DNA from: an uncultured Methanoregulaceae archaeon
GTDB taxonomy: Archaea; Halobacteriota; Methanomicrobia; Methanomicrobiales; Methanospirillaceae
Assembly: GCA_963841015.1 (NCBI GenBank)
Contig: CAWJAX010000003.1
Location: 192,001 to 256,000, forward strand
Length of the DNA stretch: 64,000 bases
Direction of reading: 5' to 3'
Shown: piece after piece, positions 22,463 through 32,524 of the stretch
Layout of the letters: each line of letters starts with the position of its first letter
How positions within the stretch are numbered: the stretch's first letter is position 1
Notes under the pieces: model-generated
Told to the model about the DNA's origin: nothing
What the model saw: only the letters and a program-made list of their open reading frames with translations
The model's database searches: none
Translations under genes and position numbers: made by a program

Positions 22463-24712
22463 ATGTATAAAGTATTATATGTCGATGATGAACCGGTCCT
22501 CCTTGAAATCGTAAAAATTTTTCTGGAAAAAACAAAGGAGTTCACCATTGACGTAACTACTTCGGTAAACGAAGTAATTAAATCTGAAAAACTGAAAACA
22601 TACGATGCAATAATTTCTGATTATCAGATGCCGGGCATGGATGGTATATCCTTCCTCAAATACGTTCATACCGAACTTGGCGATATCCCTTTTATTATTT
22701 TCACCGGGAAGGGAAAAGAAGAGGTCGTCATTGCGGCACTCAACAACGGTGCTGATTTTTATATCACAAAAGGCAGCGATCCCCGATTCCAGTTTGATGA
22801 ACTTGCTAATAACATAAAAAAGGCGGTTAAAAAAAGGCGGATACAGGAAGAATATAAAAACTCTGCACAGCGGTTATCAGATCTTGTCAACTTCCTTCCT
22901 GATGCAACTTTTGCCATCGATCTTGATGGAAAAGTAATTGCCTGGAACAAAGCAATGGAAGAAATGACCGGGGTGAAAAATTCATCGATCATGGGTGAAG
23001 GAGATCATATCTATTCCCTGCCCTTTTATGGAAAAAAACAGGATTTACTTCTCGATCTTGTACTGCATGACAAAAAAGAGATCAGAGAGAAATACCCCTC
23101 CATCATTCACCAGGACAACAAGCTCATTGATGAGAAGGAGTTTCCGATTCTCCATAACGGAAAAGGAGCCTGCCTCTGGTTAATTGCATCCCCGCTCTAT
23201 GATGCAACCGGTACCATTACCGGTGCAATACAGGTTATCAGGGATGTCACGGAAAACAAGCGGGCGGAAAAGGCCTTAAAGGAAAGCGAAGAACAATACC
23301 GATCTCTGTTTGAATCTTCACAGGAGGCTCTCCTTCTTCTCGAAAATACCCGGTTTAAAAAATGTAACAGCAAAGCTGTGGCTCTGTTCGGATGCACAAA
23401 AATGAAAGAGATCGCAGGGCGATCGCTTATTGATTTTTCCCCGGTTGTGCAACCCGATCGGGCGGGTTCTGAGCAAAAATTTCAGGAGAAAATTTCAGAA
23501 GCCATTGAAGGCTCCACGCAGGTTTTCGACTGGGAATTTACCCGCCTGGATGGAAACCCCGTTCATTCTGAAGTCACACTTAACCGGGTAATAATCGGGG
23601 GAAAGACCCTCCTCCAGGCTATTGTACGGGATGTGAGCGAACGCAAAAGGGCGGAAGATGCACTGAAGAAGAGCGAACGAATCTACCGGACCGTTGTTGA
23701 GGATCAAAACGAATTGATTTCACGTTTCCGTCCCGACGGTACGCAATTGTTTGTCAACGAGGCATTCTGCCAGTATTTTAAAAAATCACGTGAGGAGCTG
23801 ATCGGAAAGAAATTTTTCCCCCGGATCCCGGCAGAAGATCATCGTCAGGTCAGGGAACATTTTGCATCCCTCAAAAAGGAGAATCCTTCTGCCATAGACA
23901 CCCACAGGGTAATAATGCCGGACGGTTCTCTCCGTTGGCAGCGGTGGTCTGACCGGGCAATTTTTGACAAGAGAGGCTCAATTGTCGAATACCAGTCCGT
24001 GGGACAGGATATTACCGAACAAAAGCGGGCGGAAGATGCACTTGCCCTTGCATGCCAGAAAATGAACCTTCTCTCAAGCATCACCCGGCATGATATCCTG
24101 AACCAGCTTACCGTTCTTTCCGGATATCTGGCGTTGTCCGAAGAATTTGCTTCTGATGAAAAACTTCTTGGTTTTATCAAAAAAGAAGCCACTGCAACAG
24201 AGCGGATTAACCAGCAGATTACGTTCACGAAACATTACCAGGACATCGGGGTCCAGGCGCCTCAATGGCAGAATGTGCATGATACAATTACTGCTGCTGC
24301 AACATTGCTTGACCTGAGTTCAGTTACTGTTCAGATACCCTCCTCCAATATCGAGATCTATGCAGATCCCCTTTTGGGTAAGGTTTTTTACAATCTCCTT
24401 GAAAATGCAGTCAGACATGGGCATGCTACCAGTGTTGTTCAGTTCTCTTTCCAGGAAACCGGGGATACGCTGATGATTGTGTGTGAGGATAATGGTGGCG
24501 GCATTGACAAGGAAACAAAGAAACATCTGTTTAAACGAGGGTATGGAAAAAACACTGGATTCGGCTTATTCCTTATACGGGAGATCCTGTCCATCACCGG
24601 AATAACCATTGATGAGAACGGAGAACACGGGAAAGGTGCACGCTTTGAGATCACGGTGCCGAATGGTACGTACCGGTTCAAAACGAATCAGGAAATCTCT
24701 GAAAAAAAATAA
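22463..24712 (+). CDS. Hybrid sensor kinase REC-PASx3-HisKA-HATPase
   Basis: YVDDE, DYQMPGMDG, three PAS/PAC, RHDILNQL, DNGGGI, GFGL. Confidence 0.93.
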   Translation: MYKVLYVDDEPVLLEIVKIFLEKTKEFTIDVTTSVNEVIKSEKLKTYDAIISDYQMPGMDGISFLKYVHTELGDIPFIIFTGKGKEEVVIAALNNGADFYITKGSDPRFQFDELANNIKKAVKKRRIQEEYKNSAQRLSDLVNFLPDATFAIDLDGKVIAWNKAMEEMTGVKNSSIMGEGDHIYSLPFYGKKQDLLLDLVLHDKKEIREKYPSIIHQDNKLIDEKEFPILHNGKGACLWLIASPLYDATGTITGAIQVIRDVTENKRAEKALKESEEQYRSLFESSQEALLLLENTRFKKCNSKAVALFGCTKMKEIAGRSLIDFSPVVQPDRAGSEQKFQEKISEAIEGSTQVFDWEFTRLDGNPVHSEVTLNRVIIGGKTLLQAIVRDVSERKRAEDALKKSERIYRTVVEDQNELISRFRPDGTQLFVNEAFCQYFKKSREELIGKKFFPRIPAEDHRQVREHFASLKKENPSAIDTHRVIMPDGSLRWQRWSDRAIFDKRGSIVEYQSVGQDITEQKRAEDALALACQKMNLLSSITRHDILNQLTVLSGYLALSEEFASDEKLLGFIKKEATATERINQQITFTKHYQDIGVQAPQWQNVHDTITAAATLLDLSSVTVQIPSSNIEIYADPLLGKVFYNLLENAVRHGHATSVVQFSFQETGDTLMIVCEDNGGGIDKETKKHLFKRGYGKNTGFGLFLIREILSITGITIDENGEHGKGARFEITVPNGTYRFKTNQEISEKK

Positions 24713-25727
24713 CTGACAGGTGTTAATGCAATTCATCCCCTGCCATTTCCTGAACAGTTTTTTCAACCTCTGCCTCTCTTTTTGTTCTGTCGAATTCCGC
24801 TTTATCGGATAATGATATAAAAATCTCAGGGGGCAATCACGGTTGAGACCTTGCCTGTCTCCAATGACCACGACTGAGTTTAAGGGATATTGATGCATGA
24901 CCTGCACAAGCGGGTATTGTATTTTCAGGAGAGACCGGAATGGCGGTTGAGAACCAGTTACAAACATTTCATTTTTTTTATCATTTCTCCATAGCAATCC
25001 GGGGTGTTTAATTTTTTTGGTATCAAGGCCATGGAACCACCAAAACTGCATTACGAAACACGCCATTTCCCCGGGTCTCTGCACGTTTTTTGGGTTTTTT
25101 TACTATTCATAAAAAATCAGATCTTCGGATATACCGAAAAATACGTTGAGGAGGAAACACTCTGTGCATTACCCGGATTCCCGTACCAGACAGTAACGCG
25201 GATACTCCATGGGTCTCAGGCATTTCAGGCCGGTAAATACCGGTTCCTTTATATCTCTCAAAGAGATTACTGAGTATGTCACCGAGACGTGCACAAAAGC
25301 CGGAGAAACCTGATACAACTCCTCGCCTCAAAGCCGGACCCAGCAAGAACAGGGAACGACATCTTGAAGATGCCCGACATCATCCTTCCGATCATCCCCT
25401 TCCCCACCCCCCGCATAAAACCATAAAAAAACCTGTTCTTTCTCCAAAGCATACACCCCACTCCCATCCTCATGGTGATGAATTACCCTCTCATACAAAT
25501 CCACCGGGACCCATTAAGCCGTCAAAAAAGATAACCAAATCCGGTTCCCGGAAATAATTTTTTCACAATAACTGTTCCGGCCCGTATAACTCCAGGACTA
25601 ATGGCAGGAGTATTTTCAGAATCGTTTTTCCGGGTCTTTCAAGACGAGAGCCGAATAAAATTGCAAATGCTGCAAGGGATTATGCAGTTTGTACACGAGG
25701 GTTTGAACCCTGCTTTTTGTTTTTTAG

Positions 25728-26876
25728 TTATCTGAACAATGACAGAAGTCCTGATCGGAAAAGTGGGGCTGCGCACCTGAGTATAGCAGGTTTGCGGAGA
25801 AGTTTCTTGACCAGAACACCGGGCCGGTCCATATCTCCATAGGCAACAATTGTTCGGAGGATCTCGGGATCCTTCAGTGCCCTGAGTAACGCATCCATTT
25901 CCTGGGCAGATATTGTCTGACGCATCTGAAAAATCCGGAACCCGAGATCCAGTTCCCGTCCCATATCTGCCTTCCATCGTTGTTCATATTCTGCAAGAGC
26001 CGAATCAGTAAATGTGTCAGTTTCACAACAGGCAGCCGCGATTGAGGCTGCGTGCCGGGCGGAACGTATGCCGGTGTATACTCCGCCTCCCGAAGTGGGT
26101 TTTGCAAACCCGGCAGCATCTCCAACAAACAGGGTGCGGGGACCATACGTTTTGGGCATAAGGCCCAGCGGAAGGGTTCCGGTCACATAATGTGTTGAGC
26201 TCTTGCCATATTTTTTTACGAACGCTGCGAATCGTTCCCGAACCTGCGACTGCCCGCAGAGTCCGATACGCACACGGTTCTTTCCTGTAGGGATCATCCA
26301 TCCAAAAAAGTCCGGTGATGCATCAGGATAAATTTCCACAAAGCGGGGATCGCATTCATGAGACAGATCCACCTGGACACCCGCAAGGTACGTCTTTGCA
26401 CGAGGCATGCTGTGGAAACGGGCAATCGTACTCCGGGGACCATCCGCAGCAATAAGGAGCCTGAACGGAATTTCTGCATGCCCGTTCACTCCCCGGGTAA
26501 GAAGTGTTGTTCCCCGAATACCACACGCCGCAGTTTTTAAAAGGAACTCTGCTCCCGAGTTTGCCGCATTCTCTGCCATCTCACGGTCAAGTGCCCCCCT
26601 GTCTGCAACAACAGCCTTGGGTATCTTTGCATCGATAAGGATCTCACTGCCCAGACCGGATACAACCCGTGCCCCAAAGACCCGGTTGAGTACCGGACGT
26701 TCTGATACCCTGCATTCTGCAAAGGCAGCATTCGACAGGAGTCCGGCACACTGAACCGGGTAACCGATTGTACCGTGCTCCTCGATGCAGAGTGTCGAAA
26801 GCCCGTGCCGTGCGCATTCGGATGCTGCTGCACAGCCTGCTGGACCGGCGCCGATCACAATAACATCGTACGACAT
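25728..26876 (-). CDS. Geranylgeranyl reductase family flavoprotein (DGGR-like)
   Basis: YDVIVIGAGPAG, PVQCAG, AADG, GWMIP, VGDAAG...SGGG; start placed at MSYDV. Confidence 0.9.
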   Translation of the reverse strand: MSYDVIVIGAGPAGCAAASECARHGLSTLCIEEHGTIGYPVQCAGLLSNAAFAECRVSERPVLNRVFGARVVSGLGSEILIDAKIPKAVVADRGALDREMAENAANSGAEFLLKTAACGIRGTTLLTRGVNGHAEIPFRLLIAADGPRSTIARFHSMPRAKTYLAGVQVDLSHECDPRFVEIYPDASPDFFGWMIPTGKNRVRIGLCGQSQVRERFAAFVKKYGKSSTHYVTGTLPLGLMPKTYGPRTLFVGDAAGFAKPTSGGGVYTGIRSARHAASIAAACCETDTFTDSALAEYEQRWKADMGRELDLGFRIFQMRQTISAQEMDALLRALKDPEILRTIVAYGDMDRPGVLVKKLLRKPAILRCAAPLFRSGLLSLFR

Positions 26877-26979
26877 GGAAACCGACACATTTTTTTTCTG
26901 TATGTTGTTTTTCGTATGTTGAACAGGGAGTTGTTTTTCTTTCCTGTTCATGATCCTATTGAGTAGTATTAACGGTCAT

Positions 26980-27510
26980 TCATGCTGCACCCTGGTATCG
27001 CTCTTCCTTCTGAAAATAACCCATCAGGATAGAGAACAGGCCAAACACAAAGGCGAAAGTGCCAATAATGATGATGATGAGATTTTTTGAATAATCAGGA
27101 AAATACCAGAGAAAAGCGGCAAGCAGGATAATAGCGGAAATGAACATACCCGGGATAAGGATATATTTGGTTTTTGGATGGGTGAGTGCAAGCGTGATAT
27201 CGGTGAACCCGTTATAACAGGCAATTCCCGCGATAATAAGCAGAAAAATGATCGCGAAGAATTGCTGCGCTAAAAATGAGAGAACTGCAAGAATGAGCAA
27301 TACTGCTGAAATACCAAACCAGAATAATGATTCATCGCTGTTTGAAGTGATGGCGAGGAAAAGAAAAACTGCGATAACCAGTCCGGTCAGGATAAGAAAT
27401 ATCACATAAAACGTTGCAAGCATCAATTCCAGATCGGGAAAAAGCAGAGCTAAAAGTCCAAAAATTACGCCGATAATGCCCCAGACAATGCATGATAAGC
27501 TTGTATTCAT
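26980..27510 (-). CDS. HdeD/DUF308-like 6-TM membrane protein
   Basis: WGIIGVIFGLLALLFP-type repeated helical hairpins. Confidence 0.7.
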   Translation of the reverse strand: MNTSLSCIVWGIIGVIFGLLALLFPDLELMLATFYVIFLILTGLVIAVFLFLAITSNSDESLFWFGISAVLLILAVLSFLAQQFFAIIFLLIIAGIACYNGFTDITLALTHPKTKYILIPGMFISAIILLAAFLWYFPDYSKNLIIIIIGTFAFVFGLFSILMGYFQKEERYQGAA

Positions 27511-27781
27511 GGTAGTATGACCGTAAAGGAATCGGTTTGCACGGGTTTCCTAATACCGTGTTAGTGCCACAACTACAAAATTTATCCTATTTTTCCGCCA
27601 CTCCATTACCACAAATATTCACCTGTTACCCTCAACCGGGTCATCGATTCTAAAAAAGACCGGAATCCCTTTTTGTGCTTTTTGCTGGTAGTTAACTAGT
27701 CTTTCTTACTACTATCTTGTACTATTTTCAATATATGACAAGTATACAAACATTTAATTATTATCGTGCAACTTTAGGAGT

Positions 27782-28213
27782 ATGGATAACTTAACCCTTA
27801 AAATCAAGAAGCGTGCATTTCCGAGCCACGGACGGGTGCGAATCCACGAGTCGAGACTTACGGATCTCCAGATTGTCAACGGCGATCACATTGATCTCAT
27901 CAATGAAACTGCGAAAAAAACAGTCACGGTCACTGTTATTTCTGACACCATGGTTGGAAAAGATGAAATCCGGGTCAGTGAAGAGGACCTGAAGTCTCTC
28001 GGACTCAAGGAAGGCGAAGAGGTATCGATTAAAAAATCCCTCGGGATCAAGGAAAAGGCATCCAAAGCTGCCGCTGATGTATCGGCCGGGGCCAAGAAAG
28101 CCGGAAGTGATGTAGCAACCGGAGCGAAGAAAGCCGGGGCTGCCGTGGGAAAAGCCGCTGGCAGTGCAGCTGACAGCGTGAAGAAAAAGGTGAAAGGAAA
28201 AGATGACCTTTAA
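27782..28213 (+). CDS. Stand-alone CDC48/VAT-N-like double-psi beta-barrel protein with Ala/Lys 11-mer repeat tail
   Basis: Two internal repeats GRVRI....L..L.I..GD.I and IRVS...LK.LGL..GEEV; TTTAATTA TATA at 27753 and AGGAG RBS. Confidence 0.7.
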   Translation: MDNLTLKIKKRAFPSHGRVRIHESRLTDLQIVNGDHIDLINETAKKTVTVTVISDTMVGKDEIRVSEEDLKSLGLKEGEEVSIKKSLGIKEKASKAAADVSAGAKKAGSDVATGAKKAGAAVGKAAGSAADSVKKKVKGKDDL

Positions 28214-28261
28214 CCTCCCGGGGAATCCCGGTAAGGTGGTTCAACGTACTAAATCGGAGAG

Positions 28262-28681
28262 GTGATTCATATTATTCCAACATCACAAACAACTACAATT
28301 GTTGCGACATCGCCGCCATTAATTAATGACACGTCGTTTCTGGTAATTCTTGCAATTTTTATCCTTATCTTTATCTGGCTCATTGTCCGTGAATTTCGCC
28401 TTAAGGATGCCGCGAAACATAGCACCCAGCTGGAACAGGACAAGCTTAAAATCATCCAGATGGATGCAGCAACCAAGGCTTATCCGTTTACCCGGCTATC
28501 GCCAGAACAGACAGCAGAGATCAGAAACGTGGAAGACGAGAATATAACTCTCGAGACAAATATTTTTGCCCGGGAAAAACTCGTCGAGAAGCGACTTGAC
28601 AGGCTCGAGAATTATGTCAAGGTCAGAAAACTGGACAATATGATAGGTAAGATTCAGACAGAAGAGAAGAAGGTGAAATAA
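28262..28681 (+). CDS. Single-TM coiled-coil protein
   Basis: FLVILAIFILIFIWLIV TM helix followed by heptad-rich C-terminus. Confidence 0.8.
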   Translation: MIHIIPTSQTTTIVATSPPLINDTSFLVILAIFILIFIWLIVREFRLKDAAKHSTQLEQDKLKIIQMDAATKAYPFTRLSPEQTAEIRNVEDENITLETNIFAREKLVEKRLDRLENYVKVRKLDNMIGKIQTEEKKVK

Positions 28682-28683
28682 GA

Positions 28684-28989
28684 ATGAATACGGTTGTTAA
28701 CCAGACCGAAACAGCCCCGGGATACTGGAGCAAGGTCTCCAATTTTTCTGCGTCAGTCGGGTCAAAAGTTCCCACGTTTGATAAATCCATGGATGCATAT
28801 TTCGACCAGAACTTTGCGTCCATTATTGAGGAATGGGATCTCTTAACCGATAGTGATCTCCACAAGCTCGAATACCGGCTTTCCGAGATAACCAATGAAA
28901 TCAGCACCCTTTTTGCAGAAAAAATGGTGATAGAAAAACGAGTCGGAAACCTGGACATTCTGGTTTCTTCCATGGAGGGGTCAAAATGA
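28684..28989 (+). CDS. Soluble coiled-coil protein, EEWDL-motif paralog 1
   Basis: DAYFDQNFASIIEEWDL; starts 2 nt after the previous stop. Confidence 0.8.
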   Translation: MNTVVNQTETAPGYWSKVSNFSASVGSKVPTFDKSMDAYFDQNFASIIEEWDLLTDSDLHKLEYRLSEITNEISTLFAEKMVIEKRVGNLDILVSSMEGSK

Positions 28990-29207
28990 GCGTCATGAAA
29001 AATTACATGAATGCCTATGTTGACCGGCGGATGAAATCTGTTGTTGAGGAATGGGACCTTTCCCGGAAGGATGATATTACAGATTTCACGGCACGGCTCG
29101 ATGCTATCGAACAGGAAATCCCGCGGCTGAAAGCGTCCAAAAAAGCGAGTGTGGAAAAACTGACAGAACTTGAAATCCGTGCACGAAAACTGAAGGAGAG
29201 GATCTGA
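28986..29207 (+). CDS. Soluble coiled-coil protein, EEWDL-motif paralog 2
   Basis: NAYVDRRMKSVVEEWDL; ATGA overlap, GGAGG RBS. Confidence 0.8.
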   Translation: MSVMKNYMNAYVDRRMKSVVEEWDLSRKDDITDFTARLDAIEQEIPRLKASKKASVEKLTELEIRARKLKERI

Positions 29208-29208
29208 T

Positions 29209-29565
29209 ATGGACTGGTTTGAATTCATTATTCTTGTCCTCTTCATAGCGGCCGCATTTTTCCTTATCTATTATTACTTCCGTGGGGCTAAAGGGAACCT
29301 TTCGGTGACTCGACCCGTAGAGAGCCGGGTGGACGAGTACCTTGACCGCAGGTTTGAAAGTCTGGTCGATGAATGGGAACTGGTAAACCAGCCAAAACTC
29401 CAGAGGTTCAAGGAACAGAAATCAAAAGAACTTGAACAGGATGAGGCCCGCATTAACGATTTAAAGAAATTCGAACTGGATCTGGAGAGTTCCCTGACAA
29501 ACCTGGAGACCCGGCTTGACACTATTGAAAAAGGACTGGCTCAAAAAGGAAGCGCCAAAAAATAA
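29209..29565 (+). CDS. Single-TM coiled-coil protein, EEWDL-motif paralog 3
   Basis: N-terminal TM, DEYLDRRFESLVDEWEL; 1-nt gap to previous gene. Confidence 0.8.
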   Translation: MDWFEFIILVLFIAAAFFLIYYYFRGAKGNLSVTRPVESRVDEYLDRRFESLVDEWELVNQPKLQRFKEQKSKELEQDEARINDLKKFELDLESSLTNLETRLDTIEKGLAQKGSAKK

Positions 29566-29614
29566 GACCGCCGGCAGTGATCTCTTCCTTGAATTAAAAG
29601 AAGAGATCACCGTA

Positions 29615-29836
29615 ATGCGGAAACAAGGTGAGCCACCGGTTAAAAATCCCCACAGTTTCGCACAATATATGTGTGATCTGTGTAACTCTCCCTTTACAAT
29701 TTCTGAGCTCCGGCAATGTGTCTTGTGTGGCCGATGGGCTTGTAATACCTGCTGGACTGACCAGTATTACACCTGCAAATCATGTACAGGAATTATTAAA
29801 ATCCATTCAATACGAAAAACTCCCTTTAGAGAGTAG
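29615..29836 (+). CDS. 8-Cys binuclear zinc-finger protein
   Basis: CDLC...CVLCGRWACNTC...CKSC; start placed at MRKQG. Confidence 0.75.
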   Translation: MRKQGEPPVKNPHSFAQYMCDLCNSPFTISELRQCVLCGRWACNTCWTDQYYTCKSCTGIIKIHSIRKTPFRE

Positions 29837-30110
29837 GGATGAGCAGATAATTAACAAGTCAGATAATCTGTTTTAATAAATTGCCGAAATCCCCTTTTTT
29901 CTCGTGAATTCCAGTATCAGCACGTACAGTAACCGGACAGGTATAATGAAAGGGGGACATGCCCTTCCTCCCTTTTCGGCCCTGAATAACGAGCACTGAT
30001 TTCAGGTTACCTTTTTTGGAGTTATCGTTTTTTTGGGGCGGGAGCCGAAGCTAAGGTGTAAAGACACGAGGGGTGCTCAGTTTTAAAAAATAGTCCAGTA
30101 TAGCCTTTTT

Positions 30111-30335
30111 TCATTCGCGCCAAAAACCAAAAAATTCTATATGGAATATTTTTTCCAGACCATAGAGAATTGCAAAGAAAAAGACCGCATACAGGACAAA
30201 ACTGACCAGGAACTTCATCCAGCCGGCCATCCCTGTCATCGATACTAACGCATTGGAGAGTGTATCTGCGATCACAATAGCACAGAGAATACCAATAAAA
30301 AAAACCGCCCATTTTTTAACGGGTGCAAAATCCAT
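30111..30335 (-). CDS. Small 2-TM membrane protein
   Basis: Two hydrophobic helices, 74 aa. Confidence 0.65.
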   Translation of the reverse strand: MDFAPVKKWAVFFIGILCAIVIADTLSNALVSMTGMAGWMKFLVSFVLYAVFFFAILYGLEKIFHIEFFGFWRE

Positions 30336-30531
30336 GAAATAACGTTCGTGTTCAGAGTATTAAAACTTCAATTCATCCTCAAAAAGAGAGATTCCATCTC
30401 TCGCATGCACAATACCGGGAACTTCTCCTGCCTGATTATGGTGACGGGTATCGCTTGTTTGATGACAACTCAAGTCAGGTTCTTTTAAGAAACGATTATT
30501 GCATCTCATAGCCGAATACAGGGTATGGCTG

Positions 30532-31053
30532 ATGATCCTGAGGGAGTCTCGTTTGGAACCAGAGGTCCCTGCCGAAGATAAAACTGCTGTCACTGAATCG
30601 CAGACAAGGGGTCCTGCATTCTACGGTGCGCTTGCGCTGGTCGGGGTTCTTGTTCTGTTGATCGTGTTTTTTAATGTATCAGGCACCCGGGCATCTTCAG
30701 GAATGCTCCTGACACAGAATACCTGGACGCTCCAGTCCTTTGTCGATTCAGGGGGTGTTCTTGTCCCGGCCATCCCCAAAACATCAGTAACTGCCAGATT
30801 CAAGACAGATGGCACGATGAGCGGATCTGGCGGGTGCAACAGGTACAATACATCCTATACAACAAAAGATTTGGCGATATCCATCTCCCAGCCGGATATG
30901 ACCGAAATCTATTGTGAAAATTCACGTGTCATGCAACAGGAGTCAGCGTACATCGATGACCTTTCAAAAGCAGAGGAGCTCCGGGTGAATGAATCAAACC
31001 TGAACCTGTACGATAAAACCGGAAAACCCGTGCTAATGTTTGTAGCGACGTGA
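30532..31053 (+). CDS. Membrane-anchored META (HslJ-like) domain protein
   Basis: WTL...F..DG.MSGSGGCNRY...MTEIYC...MQQESAY; true start may be ATG 30525 with a +1 error. Confidence 0.85.
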   Translation: MILRESRLEPEVPAEDKTAVTESQTRGPAFYGALALVGVLVLLIVFFNVSGTRASSGMLLTQNTWTLQSFVDSGGVLVPAIPKTSVTARFKTDGTMSGSGGCNRYNTSYTTKDLAISISQPDMTEIYCENSRVMQQESAYIDDLSKAEELRVNESNLNLYDKTGKPVLMFVAT

Positions 31054-31506
31054 AAATTTCATAGTTTAATGAATTCAGTTAAAACAATCCACGGAAAAAT
31101 CCCAAAAGATAATAAGTGAGTCTCAAAAAAAAGTTGATCTTAAAGAAACAGAAAAAAAATAATAATTTTATTTTTTGCGAAGATTTGAGAACGATAGGGT
31201 TTTCCTGTTTTTATGGATATGGGCTCACTTCCCGTCTCTCCACATGACACAGTCACCTTTGCAACAGAGTATGAGATTAAGATCCGATATTGTGCCATCA
31301 TTCAAACTGATATCTGAATTTTTTTTGACGACACCAGTACATTTCCATGAATCATAAAGCAGAGCTTACCGGCATCAATAGTATGCAGGTAAAGGGTGAA
31401 AGTGCAATCCTGGTCGGCAATCCTGTTGCAGTATTGCCAACATCAGATCGATCAGGTTCCAATTCATACCCAAGCAGCGTACTTCTGAAATTATGGAAGG
31501 AATAGG

Positions 31507-31698
31507 TTAGTTCTTATGTGTTCCTGCAATGAAAATGATTGCACTGATGATACCGATAAGGAATGCTATCAGGATGGCAACGGTCGGGAATTCCTGACTG
31601 AGGGGCACTTTCATATCTGCTATTGTTCCTGCTGACACTAATGTTATGTTTAAAAGAAACAGAACGATTATTATTCCGATTGTAAATAGTCGTTTCAT
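31507..31698 (-). CDS. Small secreted/membrane protein with PEF-like 'QEFPT' C-terminal anchor
   Basis: Signal-like N-terminus, then EFPTVAILIAFLIGII TM. Confidence 0.5.
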   Translation of the reverse strand: MKRLFTIGIIIVLFLLNITLVSAGTIADMKVPLSQEFPTVAILIAFLIGIISAIIFIAGTHKN

Positions 31699-32071
31699 AT
31701 CCTTATCTTTCCCGTGATTCTGATGTGAAATTGCGTTCGGAGAATCTTTGAACAATGGTATCACGATGATGGATGTCATCTTTCTGGTACTATGACGTCA
31801 ATTCATGTACCTATAAATTATGAGATCCGATTGTGTTTGTTCGTAGAACCGGAATGGACGTAAATTTAACTCTGGATTTAAATTATTGAAATTACCCGGC
31901 GGTCCCACGGTTTTACGATATACCTCAACTAACACTGCCATCATACCAACAACTAACAACCATGTTGATAGTCATGTTTTTGAAAAAGCAGGGTTCCATC
32001 ATGCCGGGCATCCCGCTAAGTGCCGACAGAACACGAATATGAGTGATAATCCTTTGATAATCTGTAAAAAA

Positions 32072-32524
32072 TTAGCGCTCAATCAGATGGATATGCTCAT
32101 CCGTCTTTTTTGCAAGCTCACTGCGACCCTGCAAACGGGCCACATCCGAAATGGCTTCGAGTACATGGACGGATTCTTCCAGAAATGAAAGAACATCGGC
32201 AGGAAACATTTCAATCCCGTACTCATCCAGCATGGACGCAGCTATCTGGCGGTGATCGAGACCATTTTCCCGGAGTTCGATTACTTTTTTTGCAAATTTT
32301 TTCTCGGGGCAACCGCATAACGGGGAGTCTTTGCAATCACAGCGGAGGAAGTCATTGAAAAAAGCGAGTATCTGTTCCCTCACGGCAAAATCGAGCGCAT
32401 CATAATCAAGGCGCGACGAGAGGGTTTCAAGCATGGTCCCGGAAAATGCCAGTTCGGGAAGACGAAAACCTGCAAGCCGTTCTAATTTTTTTGCATGACG
32501 AAATCGTGCCCGATCAGCGATCAA
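32072..32524 (-). CDS. DUF5814-like protein (resembles the C-terminal Zn domain of methanogen helicases)
   Basis: DFLRCDCKDSPLCGCPE...YGIEMFPADVLSFLE. Confidence 0.75.
   Translation of the reverse strand: MIADRARFRHAKKLERLAGFRLPELAFSGTMLETLSSRLDYDALDFAVREQILAFFNDFLRCDCKDSPLCGCPEKKFAKKVIELRENGLDHRQIAASMLDEYGIEMFPADVLSFLEESVHVLEAISDVARLQGRSELAKKTDEHIHLIER

Noticed and set aside
24720-25640. Short ORFs (including a 93-aa Pro/His/Lys-rich ORF) in a long intergenic region
   Set aside because: Low complexity, no domain signal, no convincing RNA structure
27782-29836. Cluster interpreted as gas vesicle, ESCRT/Cdv or PHA genes
   Set aside because: No GvpA/J motif, no Vps4/GvpN ATPase, no Snf7-length helical hairpin and no PHA synthase in the window; kept as unknown
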